From Mycobacteriales bacterium (GTDB lineage: Bacteria; Actinomycetota; Actinomycetes; Mycobacteriales; Pseudonocardiaceae), in assembly GCA_038257875.1 (NCBI GenBank), contig JBBSQN010000002.1, positions 20,276 to 84,275 on the forward strand: a DNA stretch of 64,000 nucleotides, written 5' to 3'. Below, one piece after another: positions 1 through 11,740 of the stretch. The notes under the pieces are model-generated. The model searched no databases and was not told the origin of the DNA. It saw nothing but the letters and a program-made list of their open reading frames with translations. Every line of letters begins with the position of its first letter. The first letter of the stretch is position 1. The position numbers and the translations under genes are program-made.

Positions 1-498
1 ATGGGGGTGCGGGCGCCGCGCGGTATCGTCGCTCTCGGCGTCACGCTCTTCGCGTTCATCCTGATCGCCAACTGGCTGGCCGCGCTGCCGTCGGAGCACT
101 ACCTCCCGCCACCCACTGCCGATGTCAACCTGGTCTATCCCATGATGCTGCTGGTCATCGTCTGGGTGAACGTCGTGGAGATCCGCAGCCGGGGGGTCAA
201 GGACTACTTCGGACACCTGGCCAAGCCGTACGCGTTCCTGGCCCCGTCCGAGCTCATCACCCGGTACTTCTCGCGGCCGGTCTCGTTGGCCCTGCGGCTG
301 TGGGGGAACATCTTCGCCGGCGGGATCATGGTCTCCATCATCGCGTTGATGCCGGCCTACATCCTGTGGGCCCCGAACGTGGCCTGGAAGCTGTTCGACA
401 TGTTCATCGGCCTGATCCAGGCTCTGATCTTCACGCTGCTCACCATCATCTACTTCAGCGAGGCAGTGGGCAGTGACGAAGGGGCAGCGACGCACTAG
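1..498 (+). CDS. atpB: F0F1 ATP synthase subunit a, C-terminal part (5' end lies outside the window)
   Basis: Polytopic hydrophobic protein with the conserved subunit-a motif [12 protein letters not shown] (essential Arg context). It is the first gene of an atpE-F-H-A-G-D-C series. Confidence 0.93.
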   Translation: MGVRAPRGIVALGVTLFAFILIANWLAALPSEHYLPPPTADVNLVYPMMLLVIVWVNVVEIRSRGVKDYFGHLAKPYAFLAPSELITRYFSRPVSLALRLWGNIFAGGIMVSIIALMPAYILWAPNVAWKLFDMFIGLIQALIFTLLTIIYFSEAVGSDEGAATH

Positions 499-578
499 GC
501 GGCGCGGTCCCCTGCTCCCCAGCAGACGACGCGTGGCGCACCGAGCGAGGTGCGGCACGGGAAAGAACGAGGAGAGAC

Positions 579-866
579 ATGAGTGCGACCACTGTGCTGG
601 CCCAGGCTGCCGCCGAGGGACCGGACCCGCTGCTGCTCGGCCTGGCGATGGTCGGTGGCGGCATCGCACTGGGCGGCGGCGCGATCGGCGCGGCGATCGG
701 CGACGGCCTGGCCGGCTCCGCGGTGATCCAGGGGGTGGCCCGCCAGCCTGAGGCGGCCGGCCGGCTGAACACCACGATGTTCCTGATCATCGGTCTGGTC
801 GAGGGCATGTACTTCATCAACCTGGCCTTCATGGCGCTGTTCGTGTTCGTCACCGGCGCAGCGTGA
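579..866 (+). CDS. atpE: ATP synthase subunit c
   Basis: 95-aa two-helix hairpin with a Gly-rich helix 1 ([18 protein letters not shown]) and a carboxylate helix 2 ([11 protein letters not shown]). It sits between atpB and atpF. Confidence 0.93.
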   Translation: MSATTVLAQAAAEGPDPLLLGLAMVGGGIALGGGAIGAAIGDGLAGSAVIQGVARQPEAAGRLNTTMFLIIGLVEGMYFINLAFMALFVFVTGAA

Positions 867-876
867 GACGGTCCTC

Positions 877-1422
877 ATGACGACGACACGCGTGCTGGCG
901 GCCGGGACGAACAACTTCCTGCTGCCCAACGCCACCTTCTTCGTCGAGTTCGTGCTGTTCCTGGTCGTGCTGTTCGTGCTCTACCGCTACGTCGTGCCGC
1001 CGCTGTCGCGGGCGATGCGCGAGCGCCAGGACATGGTGCGCAAGCAGACCGAGGACCGCGAGAAGGCGGTCCGTACGGTCCAGGAGGCGCAGGAGCGCTA
1101 CTCCTCGGCGCTGGCGCAGGCGCGTGCCGAGGCGGCCAGCATCCGCGACGACGCGCGGGCGGAGGCTGCGCGGGTCCGTGCGGAGCTGCGCGAGCAGGCC
1201 GACCAGGAGGTCGAGCGGATCCAGCGCCAGGGTGGCGAGCAGCTGGCCGCGCAGCGTGCGGAGGCGATGCGCCGGCTCCGCAGCGAGCTCGGCGGGCTGT
1301 CGGTGCAGCTGGCCGAGCGGGTCGTCGGCGAGTCGTTCGACGATGACGGGCGCCGCCGCTCGACGGTGGAGCGTTTCCTCGCCGAGCTCGAGCGCACGCC
1401 GGCCAGTGGAGGGACGAACTGA
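877..1422 (+). CDS. atpF: ATP synthase subunit b
   Basis: 181 aa with one N-terminal TM helix followed by a long A/E/R-rich helix. Its operon position is right after atpE. Confidence 0.88.
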   Translation: MTTTRVLAAGTNNFLLPNATFFVEFVLFLVVLFVLYRYVVPPLSRAMRERQDMVRKQTEDREKAVRTVQEAQERYSSALAQARAEAASIRDDARAEAARVRAELREQADQEVERIQRQGGEQLAAQRAEAMRRLRSELGGLSVQLAERVVGESFDDDGRRRSTVERFLAELERTPASGGTN

Positions 1423-1958
1423 TGGCAGTCCTGATCTCCGAGATCTTCGCGTTCCTGATCATCCTGTTCGTGCTCTACCGCTACGTCTGGCCGCTCCTGT
1501 CGCGGATGGCGACCCAGCGCCAGGACACCGTCCAGCGCCAGGTCGAGGACAGCGAGCAGGCGGCCCGCGATCTCGAGCAGGCCCAGCGCCGCCTCGACTC
1601 GGCGCTGACCGAGGCGCGCGGCGAGGCGGCCAGGATCCGCGACGACGCGCGAGCGGCCGCTTCGCGGATCCGCGCGGAGCTGCGCGAGCAGGCCGACCGC
1701 GAGGTCGAGCGGATCCGACAGCGCGGGGCGGAGCAGCTGGTCGCGCAGCGCGACCAGACCGTGCGTCGGCTGCAGGCCGAGATCGGCGGGCTGTCGATGC
1801 AGCTGGCCGAACGGATCATCGTCGAGTCGCTGTCCGACGACGAGCGCAAGGCCGCCACCGTGGATCGTTTCCTCGACGAGCTCGACCAGATGGCCGGCCC
1901 CGAGACCGACCAGGGTGTGGGCCGGGAGTCCACACCCGCTGGCGGAGGGATGCTCTGA
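1422..1958 (+). CDS. Second b-like ATP synthase stalk subunit (b'), corresponding to the b-like half of the mycobacterial b-delta fusion
   Basis: 178 aa with the same TM + long-helix architecture as atpF and clearly paralogous to it (shared LYRYV.P.LSR and IRDDARA...R.ELREQAD.EVERI.QRG.EQL.AQR). Its start overlaps the atpF stop (ATGA-type) and its stop overlaps the atpH start (TGATG at 1956-1960). Confidence 0.8.
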   Translation: MAVLISEIFAFLIILFVLYRYVWPLLSRMATQRQDTVQRQVEDSEQAARDLEQAQRRLDSALTEARGEAARIRDDARAAASRIRAELREQADREVERIRQRGAEQLVAQRDQTVRRLQAEIGGLSMQLAERIIVESLSDDERKAATVDRFLDELDQMAGPETDQGVGRESTPAGGGML

Positions 1959-2788
1959 TGGCGCTCCTGCTGCAGCCCACTAGCCGGGAGTCACTCGCCG
2001 AAGCCGGGACACGGCTTGACGCCTACGTCGACACCGCGTCGGGTAGCGACCTCGAGCGGCTCGGCGCCGATCTGTTCGCGGTGCTCCGGCTGGTGCTGGC
2101 CGAGACGACGCTGCGTCGCCATCTCGCCGATCCGGCCGTGCCCGCGGCGGCGCGTACGGCGCTCACCGACCGGCTGCTGGCCGACAAGGTCGGCCGACCG
2201 GCGCTGGACACGGTGTCCGATCTGGTCTCCGCCCGCTGGTCACGCTCGCTCGACCTGGTCGACGCGCTCGAGGCACTGGCGCGACGGGCCGCCCTGGGCG
2301 TGGCCGAGAAGGACGGCACGCTCGACGACGTCGAGGACGAGCTGTTCCGGTTCGGACGCATCCTCGACCGCGAACCGCAGCTCAACACCCTGCTCAGCGA
2401 CCGTGGCACCGCGGGCGACACCCGGGTCGAGCTGCTGCGCGACGTGCTCGGCGGCAAGGTCTCACCCGTCGCGGCGACCTTGCTCGAGCAGACCGTGCAC
2501 ACGCCCCGCGGGCCGAGCCTGGACCTGGCGGCCGAGGAGCTCTCAGAGCTGGCGGCGGCGCGCCGGGAGCGCTACGTCGCGCACGTCCGCACGGCGGTGC
2601 GGCTGACCGCCGAACAGGAGCAGCGGCTCGGTGACTCGCTCAGCCGGCTCTACGGGCGGTCGATCTCGCTGCAGGTCGAGCTCGACCCGGATCTGCTCGG
2701 CGGCCTCGTCGTCCGGGTGGGCGGTGAGCTCATCGACGGAAGCGTGGCGGGCAGGCTGGCCGCGGCGCGCAGGCAGTTGCCGTCCTGA
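1958..2788 (+). CDS. atpH: ATP synthase subunit delta (OSCP), long actinobacterial form
   Basis: In-frame ATG at 1958 inside the 1124..2788 ORF; the upstream part of that ORF is only a shadow frame over atpF/b'. The C-terminus [21 protein letters not shown] is typical of delta/OSCP. It precedes atpA. Confidence 0.85.
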   Translation: MALLLQPTSRESLAEAGTRLDAYVDTASGSDLERLGADLFAVLRLVLAETTLRRHLADPAVPAAARTALTDRLLADKVGRPALDTVSDLVSARWSRSLDLVDALEALARRAALGVAEKDGTLDDVEDELFRFGRILDREPQLNTLLSDRGTAGDTRVELLRDVLGGKVSPVAATLLEQTVHTPRGPSLDLAAEELSELAAARRERYVAHVRTAVRLTAEQEQRLGDSLSRLYGRSISLQVELDPDLLGGLVVRVGGELIDGSVAGRLAAARRQLPS

Positions 2789-2852
2789 GGGGCACCACCT
2801 CGCACGGACATCAGAAGGCTCGGACAACCACCAGCCCCGGACAGCAAAGGAC

Positions 2853-4514
2853 ATGACGACAGCCATGACAGAGCTGACGATCTCCCCGGAGGAGATCCGG
2901 AGTGCGATCTCCAGCTACGTCTCGTCACTGGAGACCGAGACCTCCCGCGAGGAGGTCGGCACCGTCTCCGACACCAGTGACGGCATCGCGCACGTCGAGG
3001 GCCTGCCCTCGGTGATGACCAACGAGCTCCTCGAGTTCCCCGGTGGTGTGCTGGGGGTCGCGCTGAACCTGGACCAGCGCGAGATCGGCGCGGTCATCCT
3101 CGGCCCGTACGGCGGCATCGAGGAGGGCCAGCAGGTCAAGCGGACCGGCCGCATCCTCTCGGTCCCCGTCGGGGACAACTTCCTCGGCCGGGTCGTGGAC
3201 CCCCTCGGGTCCCCGATCGACGGCCTGGGCGACATCGAGGCCGAGACCCAGCGCGTGCTGGAGCTGCAGGCCGCCTCGGTGGTCCAGCGCCAGAGCGTCA
3301 ACGAGCCGCTGCAGACCGGCATCAAGGCCATCGACGCCATGACGCCCATCGGTCGCGGCCAGCGCCAGCTGATCATCGGTGACCGCAAGACGGGCAAGAC
3401 CGCCGTCTGCGTCGACACGATCATCAACCAGAAGCAGAACTGGGAGTCCGGCGACCCCAAGCTCCAGGTTCGCTGCATCTACGTGGCGATCGGCCAGAAG
3501 GGCTCCACGGTCGCCGGTGTCCGGCAGTCACTGGAGGACGCCGGCGCGCTGGAGTACACCACGATCGTCGCGGCCCCGGCGTCGGACCCGGCTGGGTTCA
3601 AGTGGCTCGCGCCCTACACCGGTTCCTCGATCGGCCAGCACTGGATGTACCAGGGTTACCACGTCCTGATCGTCTTCGACGACCTGTCCAAACAGGCCGA
3701 GGCCTACCGCGCGATCTCGCTGCTGCTGCGCCGCCCACCGGGCCGCGAGGCCTACCCCGGCGACGTGTTCTACCTGCACTCGCGGCTGCTGGAGCGCTGC
3801 GCGAAGCTCTCCGACGAACTCGGTGCCGGGTCGATGACCGGCCTGCCGATCATCGAGACCAAGGCCAACGACGTGTCGGCCTACATCCCCACCAACGTCA
3901 TCTCGATCACCGACGGCCAGGTCTTCCTGGAGTCCGACCTGTTCAACCAGGGCGTCCGGCCCGCGATCAACGTCGGTATCTCGGTGTCGCGGGTCGGTGG
4001 GGCCGCGCAGGTTAAGGCGATGAAGACGGTGTCGGGCTCGCTGCGCCTGGACCTGTCGCAGTACCGCGAGCTGGAGGCGTTCGCCGCCTTCGGCTCCGAC
4101 CTCGACGCCGCCTCCGCGGCGGCGCTGGGTCGCGGTGAGCGGCTGGTCGAGCTGCTCAAGCAGCCGCAGTACTCACCGGTCCCGGTGGAGGAGGAGGTCG
4201 TCTCCATCTGGCTGGGCACCTCGGGCCAGCTCGACTCCGTACCTGTCGTGGACGTCCGCCGGTTCGAGACAGAGATCCTCGACCACGTACGGCGCAACCA
4301 CGAGGGCGTCCTGACCGAGATCCGCGACACCGGCAAGCTGACCGACGACACCGTCGAGCGCCTGCGTACGATCGTGGACGAGTTCAAGAAGCAGTTCACC
4401 GCCACCGACGGCTCGTCAGTAGTGCCTAAGGAGGCCCAGGTGGAGGCGCTGGACGCCGACGAGGAGGACCGGGAGTCGGTCAAGGTCCACAAGCCGGCTC
4501 CGGCGAAGAGCTGA
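2853..4514 (+). CDS. atpA: ATP synthase subunit alpha
   Basis: Walker A GDRKTGKT and canonical alpha motifs ([32 protein letters not shown]). The start could be ATG 2853 or ATG 2865; the 2631 start in the ORF track is an upstream extension. Confidence 0.95.
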   Translation: MTTAMTELTISPEEIRSAISSYVSSLETETSREEVGTVSDTSDGIAHVEGLPSVMTNELLEFPGGVLGVALNLDQREIGAVILGPYGGIEEGQQVKRTGRILSVPVGDNFLGRVVDPLGSPIDGLGDIEAETQRVLELQAASVVQRQSVNEPLQTGIKAIDAMTPIGRGQRQLIIGDRKTGKTAVCVDTIINQKQNWESGDPKLQVRCIYVAIGQKGSTVAGVRQSLEDAGALEYTTIVAAPASDPAGFKWLAPYTGSSIGQHWMYQGYHVLIVFDDLSKQAEAYRAISLLLRRPPGREAYPGDVFYLHSRLLERCAKLSDELGAGSMTGLPIIETKANDVSAYIPTNVISITDGQVFLESDLFNQGVRPAINVGISVSRVGGAAQVKAMKTVSGSLRLDLSQYRELEAFAAFGSDLDAASAAALGRGERLVELLKQPQYSPVPVEEEVVSIWLGTSGQLDSVPVVDVRRFETEILDHVRRNHEGVLTEIRDTGKLTDDTVERLRTIVDEFKKQFTATDGSSVVPKEAQVEALDADEEDRESVKVHKPAPAKS

Positions 4515-4537
4515 GCGGGTAGGGCGGGCGAAAGACC

Positions 4538-5548
4538 ATGGCGGCACAGATTCGGGTGCTGCGGCGGCGGATTCGGTCGACGCAGTCCATCAAGAAGATC
4601 ACCCGTGCGATGGAGCTCATCGCGACCTCCCGGATCGCCAAGGCGCGGGCCCGGGTGAACGAGGCGAAGCCCTACGCCGAGGAGATGACCCGGGTCCTCA
4701 CGGAGCTGGCGAACAACTCGGCGCTGGACCATCCGCTGCTCGTCGAGCGGGAGAACCCGCGCCGGGCCGCGGTGCTGGTCGTCACCAGCGACCGTGGCCA
4801 GTGCGGCGGCTACAACGCGGGAGTGCTCAGGGAGGCCGAACAGCTCCAGCAGCTGCTGCGCGAGCAGGGCAAGGAGCCGGTGCTGTATGTGATCGGCCGC
4901 AAAGGTGTGAGCTACTACCGGTTCCGCCGCCGCCCCGTTGTGGCGTCGTGGAGCGGGTTCTCCGAACAGCCGACCTACGCGAACGCGGCCGAGGCGGCCC
5001 ACACGCTCGTCGAGGCGTTCATGGTTGGTCAGGACGATGATCCGGACGGGTCGGCGGGCGCGGACGGTGTCGAGGGCGTCGACGAGCTGCACCTAGTCTA
5101 CACCCAGTTCCAGAACATGATCACGCAGACCCCGCAGGCCCGCCGGATGGCGCCGATGGAGGTCGAGTACGTGGGCGAGGAGGAGGACGGGAGCGGCACT
5201 GCCCTCTCCGAGACGCAGACCGGCGGCGCTACCGGCGTCGCGGCAGGTGACGATCGCGGTGACGGTCTGCGGGCGCTCTACGAGTTCGAGCCCGACGCCG
5301 ACACCCTGTTCGACGCCCTGCTGCCGAAGTACGTCAGTGCCCGGCTGTTCGCTGCGTTGCTCGAGTCGGCGGCGTCGGAGTCGGCCAACCGGCAGCGGGC
5401 GATGAAGGCGGCGACCGACAACGCCAACGACCTGATTCGTACCCTGACACTGGAGGCCAACCAGGCACGTCAGGCCCAGATTACCCAGGAGATCAGTGAG
5501 ATCGTCGGTGGCGCCGACGCTCTCGTGAGCGCAGGAAGCGAGGACTAA
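4538..5548 (+). CDS. atpG: ATP synthase subunit gamma
   Basis: N-terminus [28 protein letters not shown] and C-terminus [13 protein letters not shown]...[17 protein letters not shown] are canonical gamma helices. The protein has a long acidic insertion. Confidence 0.93.
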   Translation: MAAQIRVLRRRIRSTQSIKKITRAMELIATSRIAKARARVNEAKPYAEEMTRVLTELANNSALDHPLLVERENPRRAAVLVVTSDRGQCGGYNAGVLREAEQLQQLLREQGKEPVLYVIGRKGVSYYRFRRRPVVASWSGFSEQPTYANAAEAAHTLVEAFMVGQDDDPDGSAGADGVEGVDELHLVYTQFQNMITQTPQARRMAPMEVEYVGEEEDGSGTALSETQTGGATGVAAGDDRGDGLRALYEFEPDADTLFDALLPKYVSARLFAALLESAASESANRQRAMKAATDNANDLIRTLTLEANQARQAQITQEISEIVGGADALVSAGSED

Positions 5549-6999
<1,451 letters not shown>

Positions 7000-7000
<1 letters not shown>

Positions 7001-7383
7001 TGGCCGAGATGACCGTCGAGCTGGTCGCGGTCGAGCGGCGGATCTGGTCGGGGCAGGCCAGCTTCGTCTTCGCCCGCACCACGGTCGGGGAGATCGGCGT
7101 GCTGCCCGGCCACGAGCCGACGCTCGCCCAGCTCGAGGACGCCGGCGTGCTGCGGATCGACGACACGGACGGCAACTCGATCACGGTGGCGGTGCACGGC
7201 GGCTTCCTGTCCATCACACCCGAGGGCGTGACGGTGCTGGCGGAGTTCGCCGAGCTGTCCGACGAGGTCGACGTGTCGCGCGCCCGCTCCGCACGCGATC
7301 GTGCCGACCCCTCCGATCCGGCCGGCGCGGCCGCGGCCGCCCGGGCGAACGCGCGGTTGAGAGCCGCTGGCGCGGCCGAGTAG
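7000..7383 (+). CDS. atpC: ATP synthase subunit epsilon
   Basis: 127 aa whose start overlaps the atpD stop. The N-terminal beta-sandwich motif ([13 protein letters not shown]...GVLPGHEP) is typical of epsilon. Confidence 0.9.
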
Positions 7384-7394
7384 CTGGGGCCGCG

Positions 7395-7859
7395 ATGGGG
7401 GCGATGGCGCTCGTCGTCAGCATCCTGCTGGTGATCGCCTCCCTCTGTCTCGGATACCTGGCGTTTCGCAGAGTCCGGCTCATGCGGGGCGGCGGGGTGG
7501 ACGCGTGCCTGCGCCGCCGACCCGCCGCCGTGTCCCGGGCCGCGTCCCGGGACGCGTCGGCCGGGTGGCACTTCGGTGTCGGCCGCTACCAGGGCAACAC
7601 GCTGGCCTGGCACCGGCTGACCTCGTTGCGGCCGGGGCCCACGATCGTCCTCGACCGGACGGAGCTGGAGATCGTGGACCGGCGCGCGCCAGCCGGTGCG
7701 GAGACCTACGTCCTCCCGCACGCCGCCTCGGTGCTGCGCTGCCGGGCCGACGGTGTGGACGTGGAGCTCGCCATGGCACCCGGGGTGCTGACCGGCTTCC
7801 AGTCGTGGTTGGAGTCTGCCCCGCCCGGGCGCAACACCGGTTACCGCCAGGCGTCCTGA
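7395..7859 (+). CDS. DUF2550-family membrane-anchored protein (conserved atp-operon-trailing gene in actinobacteria)
   Basis: In-frame ATG at 7395 within ORF 6912..7859. It has an N-terminal TM helix, then GRYQGNTLAWHRL...LELAMAPGVLTGFQSWLESAPPG, matching my memory of DUF2550 proteins that follow atpC. Confidence 0.75.
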   Translation: MGAMALVVSILLVIASLCLGYLAFRRVRLMRGGGVDACLRRRPAAVSRAASRDASAGWHFGVGRYQGNTLAWHRLTSLRPGPTIVLDRTELEIVDRRAPAGAETYVLPHAASVLRCRADGVDVELAMAPGVLTGFQSWLESAPPGRNTGYRQAS

Positions 7860-7886
7860 CGCGCGAACCCGCGGGCTCGCGCGTCA
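7857..7886. terminator. Bidirectional stem-loop between convergent genes
   Basis: Perfect 10-bp stem TGACGCGCGA (7857-7866) / TCGCGCGTCA (7877-7886) with a 10-nt loop. It spans the stop of the DUF2550 gene and abuts the stop of the adenosyltransferase gene. There is no U-tract. Confidence 0.5.
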
Positions 7887-8462
7887 GGGGGCCGTCGGGC
7901 CACCGGGCCGCCACAGTACGTCACCGCCGGGGTTCGCGACCCGGCCGAGGATGAACAGCAGGTCGGAGAGCCGGTTCAGGTAGGTCGCGGTGAGCGGGTT
8001 GGTGCGTTCCGCGTCGAGTTCCAGCAGCGCCCACACCGAGCGCTCGGCTCGCCGGGTCACCGTCCGCGCGACGTGCAGGTAGGCCGCCCCGGCGGTGCCG
8101 CCCGGCAGGATGAACGAGTCGAGTGCCGGCAGCGGATCGTTGAACGCGTCGCACCAGCCCTCCAGCCGCGTCACGTAGCCGTCGGTGACCCGCAGCGGTG
8201 GGTACTGCGGGTTCTCGACGATCGGCGCGCACAGGTCCGCACCCACGTCGAACAGGTCGTTCTGGATCTGTCGCAGCGGGGCGAGCACCGCCTCGGCCAG
8301 GCCCCCCACCGTGACCGCGACTCCGATGGCGGCGTTGCACTCGTCGGTGTCGGCGTAGGCCGCGAGCCGCACGTCGGTCTTGCGGACGCGGCTGAAGTCG
8401 CCCAGGGCGGTGGTCCCGTCGTCCCCGGTCCTGGTGTAGATCCGGGTCAGGTGCACGGCCAT
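7884..8462 (-). CDS. Cob(I)yrinic acid a,c-diamide / cob(I)alamin adenosyltransferase, PduO type
   Basis: N-terminus IYTRTGDDGTT..G..V.K plus FILPGG...A.LHVART..RRAER are hallmark PduO-type ATR motifs. The start is taken at ATG 8462 (MAVHLTRIYT). Confidence 0.85.
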   Translation of the reverse strand: MAVHLTRIYTRTGDDGTTALGDFSRVRKTDVRLAAYADTDECNAAIGVAVTVGGLAEAVLAPLRQIQNDLFDVGADLCAPIVENPQYPPLRVTDGYVTRLEGWCDAFNDPLPALDSFILPGGTAGAAYLHVARTVTRRAERSVWALLELDAERTNPLTATYLNRLSDLLFILGRVANPGGDVLWRPGGPTAP

Positions 8463-8483
8463 GGTGGTGAGCATAGAGTCCGC

Positions 8484-9809
8484 TCAGCGCAGTTTTGCTC
8501 CCACGCCGATCAGCTTCTCGCGGAAGTTCTCGTAGCCGCGGTCGAGGATGGACACCCCCGTCACCGTCGAGTCACCTTGGGCGGCCAGCGCCGCCAGCAC
8601 GTAGGAGAAGCCTGCGCGCAGGTCCGGGACGTGGACGGTGGTCCCCTGCAGCTTCGTCGGCCCGACCACCACGGCCGAGTGCCTGCGGTTTCGCGACCCG
8701 AAGCGGCAGGGGGTGCGTCCGAGGCACTCGGTGAAGACCTGCATCTGGGCGCCGAGCGCCTGTAGCGCCGTGGCGTATCCCAGCCGGTTCTCGTGCACGG
8801 TCTCGTGCAGCACGGTGACACCGTCGGCCTGGGTCAGCGCGGTGACCATGGGTGACTGCCAGTCGGTCATGAAGCCCGGATGCACGTCGGTCTCGATGAC
8901 GAGCGGGCGCGGCATCGACTTCTCCCGCCGGAACGTCACCTCGTGGCCGTCGCTGGAGAAGTCGAACTCACCGCCCGCGCGCCGGTACACGTTCAGGTAG
9001 GTCCCAAGATCGGCCTGCCGCACGCCGCTGACGGTGATCCGGCCGTCGGTCGCGAGGGCGAGGCTCGCCCACGAGGCGGCTTCGAGGCGGTCCGGGATGG
9101 CGGTATGCGCCACGCCGCGCAGCCGGGAGACGCCCGTGACCTGGATGACCCGGCCCGGCTGGACGGTGATGAGCGCGCCCATGCGCTGGAGCAGCGAGAT
9201 CAGGTCGATGATCTCCGGCTCGGTCGCAGCGTTGCGCAGCTCCGAGTCGCCTGCGGCGACGACCGCGCCGAGCAGGAACTGCTCGGTCGCACCGACGCTC
9301 GGGTACTTCAGCTCGACGACGGCGCCCTGCAGCCCGCCGATCTCGGCTGTCAGCTTGAACCCGGTGTCGGTCCGCTCGCTCACCGCGCCGAAGGCGCGCA
9401 GCACCTCCAGGTGCAGGTCGACCGGGCGTTCGCCGATGCTGCACCCCCCGGGCTTCCAGACCTCCGCCTGACCGGTGCGGTGCAGCAGCGGCGCGCAGGT
9501 GAGTACCGGAATCCGGCTGCGGGCGTGGAAGTACTCCAGATCGCTCGTCGCGGCGGTGTGGATGTTGCCTGCTTCGATCCGCAGCTGACCGTCCGCCGGC
9601 TGCGCGGTGCTGCATCCCAACATCTCCAGCAGCTCCCCGACGAGCCGCGTGTCGACGATCTGCGAGATGTTGTGGATGATCACTGGCTCCTCGGTCAGGA
9701 GGGCCGCGACCATCAGCTTGGGTACCGCGTTCTTCGAGCCACGGATCTTGACCGTGCCGCAAAGCGGGATGCCGCCGGTCAGGTGCAGCGTGTCGCCGTC
9801 GTCCGTCAT
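8484..9809 (-). CDS. murA: UDP-N-acetylglucosamine 1-carboxyvinyltransferase
   Basis: 441 aa with full-length MurA/EPSP-synthase-fold similarity (GTVKIRGSKNA..K.MVAALL, catalytic-loop region PGGCSIGERPVDLH). Confidence 0.93.
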   Translation of the reverse strand: MTDDGDTLHLTGGIPLCGTVKIRGSKNAVPKLMVAALLTEEPVIIHNISQIVDTRLVGELLEMLGCSTAQPADGQLRIEAGNIHTAATSDLEYFHARSRIPVLTCAPLLHRTGQAEVWKPGGCSIGERPVDLHLEVLRAFGAVSERTDTGFKLTAEIGGLQGAVVELKYPSVGATEQFLLGAVVAAGDSELRNAATEPEIIDLISLLQRMGALITVQPGRVIQVTGVSRLRGVAHTAIPDRLEAASWASLALATDGRITVSGVRQADLGTYLNVYRRAGGEFDFSSDGHEVTFRREKSMPRPLVIETDVHPGFMTDWQSPMVTALTQADGVTVLHETVHENRLGYATALQALGAQMQVFTECLGRTPCRFGSRNRRHSAVVVGPTKLQGTTVHVPDLRAGFSYVLAALAAQGDSTVTGVSILDRGYENFREKLIGVGAKLR

Positions 9810-10104
9810 GGGGAAGAGGAGCTCCTTGTGTCGAGGTCAGGGTCGACTCGATGGACGCGTGAGGCGTCCCTGGGTTGTACGGCCGGGTCACGGTACCGCG
9901 ATCGGGTGGCGGGATCGTCCGCGGCGGTGCGGATCGCGCCCGACGTGCGGGCGAGGTGTTGCGTTCTGTTAACGAAGCTCGCCCCCAGCCGACCCCCGCT
10001 ATGGCGCTGCGGCGCAGATCCCCTACGTTCGGAGATCCCCGGTGTACCACCGAGGACCGTTGGCTGACGGAGTACCCACGACCGAGGGTGAGGACTACAC
10101 GATT

Positions 10105-11013
10105 ATGGCCGGAGGCACCTGGAGTCGTCGCGACCTCTTCCGCCGTACCGCGATCGCCGGAGCCGTCGCGGTCGGCGGGCCGGCGCTGCTGTCGGCGTGC
10201 ACGGCGGTCCCCGGCGGATCGGGGGCGGGAGGTACCCTCGCGCGGGCCCGCGAGGCTGGCACGATCACCGTCGGCATCGCCGACGAGGCCCCGTATGGCT
10301 TCACCGACGAGCAGGGTCGGGTGACCGGTGAGTCGGTCGAGGTCGGGCGCGCCGTGCTCACCAAGCTGGGAATCGCGAACATCGATGTGGTGACCGTCGC
10401 CTTCGGCGAGCTCATCGCGGGGCTGACCCTCTCCCGCCAGTTCGACATGATCACTGCAGGCATGTTCATCACTCCGGAACGCTGCCAGGCGGCGGCCTTC
10501 TCGGCGCCGGACTACACAGCGCCCACGGCGTTCCTCGTGCCCACGGGCAACCCGGACGGTGTCATGACCTTCGATCAGGTACGCGAGCAGAACCTTCGGC
10601 TCGCCGTTCTGAGCGGGGCCGTCGAGCAGGGCTACGCCACCGACAGCGGTGTCCCGGAAGGCCAGATCCAGGTGCTCGACCAGCAGAACGCGCTCTTGCA
10701 GGCGGTGACCGCAGGCCGCGCCGACTGTGCCGCGCTGACCAACATCTCCCTCAACGACGTGGTCTCGAAGAACGCCGGCGCGGCCGTCGAGGTCACCCCT
10801 GGCTTCTTTCCGGTGATCAACGGTAAGGAGATCATCTCCGCGGGCGCGTTCGTCTTCCGTCCCGAGGACACCGATATCCTCGAGGCGTTCAACACCGAGC
10901 TGACGGGGATGCAGCAGTCCGGGGAGTGGCTGCAGATCGCCGGGCCGTTCGGCTTCACCGCGGAGAACATCCCCGGGCCTGAGGTGACCACGGAGAGCCT
11001 CTGCTCGACCTGA
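10105..11013 (+). CDS. ABC transporter substrate-binding lipoprotein, polar amino-acid family (EhuB-like ectoine/hydroxyectoine type is possible)
   Basis: Tat-like signal SRRDLFRRTAIAGAVAV with a lipobox LLSAC, followed by a type-2 periplasmic binding fold. It is followed by two permeases and an ATPase in the B-C-D-A order I recall for Ehu loci. Confidence 0.82.
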   Translation: MAGGTWSRRDLFRRTAIAGAVAVGGPALLSACTAVPGGSGAGGTLARAREAGTITVGIADEAPYGFTDEQGRVTGESVEVGRAVLTKLGIANIDVVTVAFGELIAGLTLSRQFDMITAGMFITPERCQAAAFSAPDYTAPTAFLVPTGNPDGVMTFDQVREQNLRLAVLSGAVEQGYATDSGVPEGQIQVLDQQNALLQAVTAGRADCAALTNISLNDVVSKNAGAAVEVTPGFFPVINGKEIISAGAFVFRPEDTDILEAFNTELTGMQQSGEWLQIAGPFGFTAENIPGPEVTTESLCST

Positions 11014-11029
11014 CGGCCGGAGGCGCACC

Positions 11030-11740
11030 GTGTTCGACAACATCGGGCTCATCGTCTCCCGGCTGCTCAGTGGGGTACCCGCGACGGTCAGCGCTGCGGT
11101 CGGTGGCATCGCGGTGACGATCCTGCTGTCCTTCGCCGCCGGTCTGGCGTTGCTCGCGCGCTCGCGCTGGGTCCGTGGGGTGGCGCGGACCTACGTCGAG
11201 TTCTTCCGGGGCACCTCGGAGGTCGTCCAGCTGTTCTGGATCTTCTTCGTGCTGCCGGCGCTCGTCGGGTTCCAGATCGTCCCGCTCGGTGCGGGTATCC
11301 TGGTGCTCGGCCTCAACCACGGGGCGTACGGCGCCGAGATCGTGCGGGGTGCGGTCGGGTCGGTGCCGAGGCAACAGTACGAGGGTTGCGTCGCGCTGAG
11401 CATGTCGCCGGCCCAGCGGATGTTCCGGGTGCTGTTGCCGCAGGCGGTGGTGGAGATGCTGCCGTCGTTCAACAACCTGTTCATCCAGCTGCTCAAGAGC
11501 ACGGCGCTGCTCTCGCTGGTCACGGTGCAGGAGGTCGCCTTCCAGGGTCAGGTCCTGGTGCCGAACCTCGGGGTGGGGGAGAAGCTGACGATCTACCTTG
11601 TCGAACTGGTGATATATCTAGTGCTGGCGGTACTGATCACCTTCACCATGCGGCGGATCGAGGGCTGGGCAAGCGCGCGGGTCGGTCGCGCGCCGACCCC
11701 ACGAGCGCGCCGGCCGGTCCTGCCCGGAAAACCGTCATGA
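11030..11740 (+). CDS. ABC transporter permease (His/Glu/Gln/Arg/opine family; EhuC-like)
   Basis: GTG start. Polytopic membrane protein containing the EAA-type loop (GAVGSVPRQQYEGCVALSMSPAQRMFRVLLPQA). Confidence 0.85.
   Translation: MFDNIGLIVSRLLSGVPATVSAAVGGIAVTILLSFAAGLALLARSRWVRGVARTYVEFFRGTSEVVQLFWIFFVLPALVGFQIVPLGAGILVLGLNHGAYGAEIVRGAVGSVPRQQYEGCVALSMSPAQRMFRVLLPQAVVEMLPSFNNLFIQLLKSTALLSLVTVQEVAFQGQVLVPNLGVGEKLTIYLVELVIYLVLAVLITFTMRRIEGWASARVGRAPTPRARRPVLPGKPS

Noticed and set aside
1124-1957. N-terminal 278-aa extension of the delta-subunit ORF (1124..2788)
   Set aside because: The extension is an out-of-frame overlay of atpF and the b' gene with Arg/Ser-rich composition. The delta similarity begins at the ATG at 1958, which overlaps the b' stop.
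3881-5092. 403-aa minus-strand ORF antisense to atpA/atpG
   Set aside because: Same reasoning: it is the antisense shadow of canonical ATP synthase genes.
9810-10104. Possible rRNA operon or other RNA gene next to murA, as in mycobacterial synteny
   Set aside because: The interval is only about 300 bp, contains no 16S-like sequence, and looks like a divergent promoter region. I found no rRNA or tRNA (no GGTTCGAATCC-type T-loop with matching arms) anywhere in the window.
8968-11109. 713-aa minus-strand ORF spanning murA, the intergenic region and the ABC substrate-binding gene
   Set aside because: Its composition is Arg/Pro/Gly/Ala-dominated, typical of an off-frame or antisense translation of high-GC DNA. 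It overlaps two confidently identified genes on both strands and has no recognisable domain.
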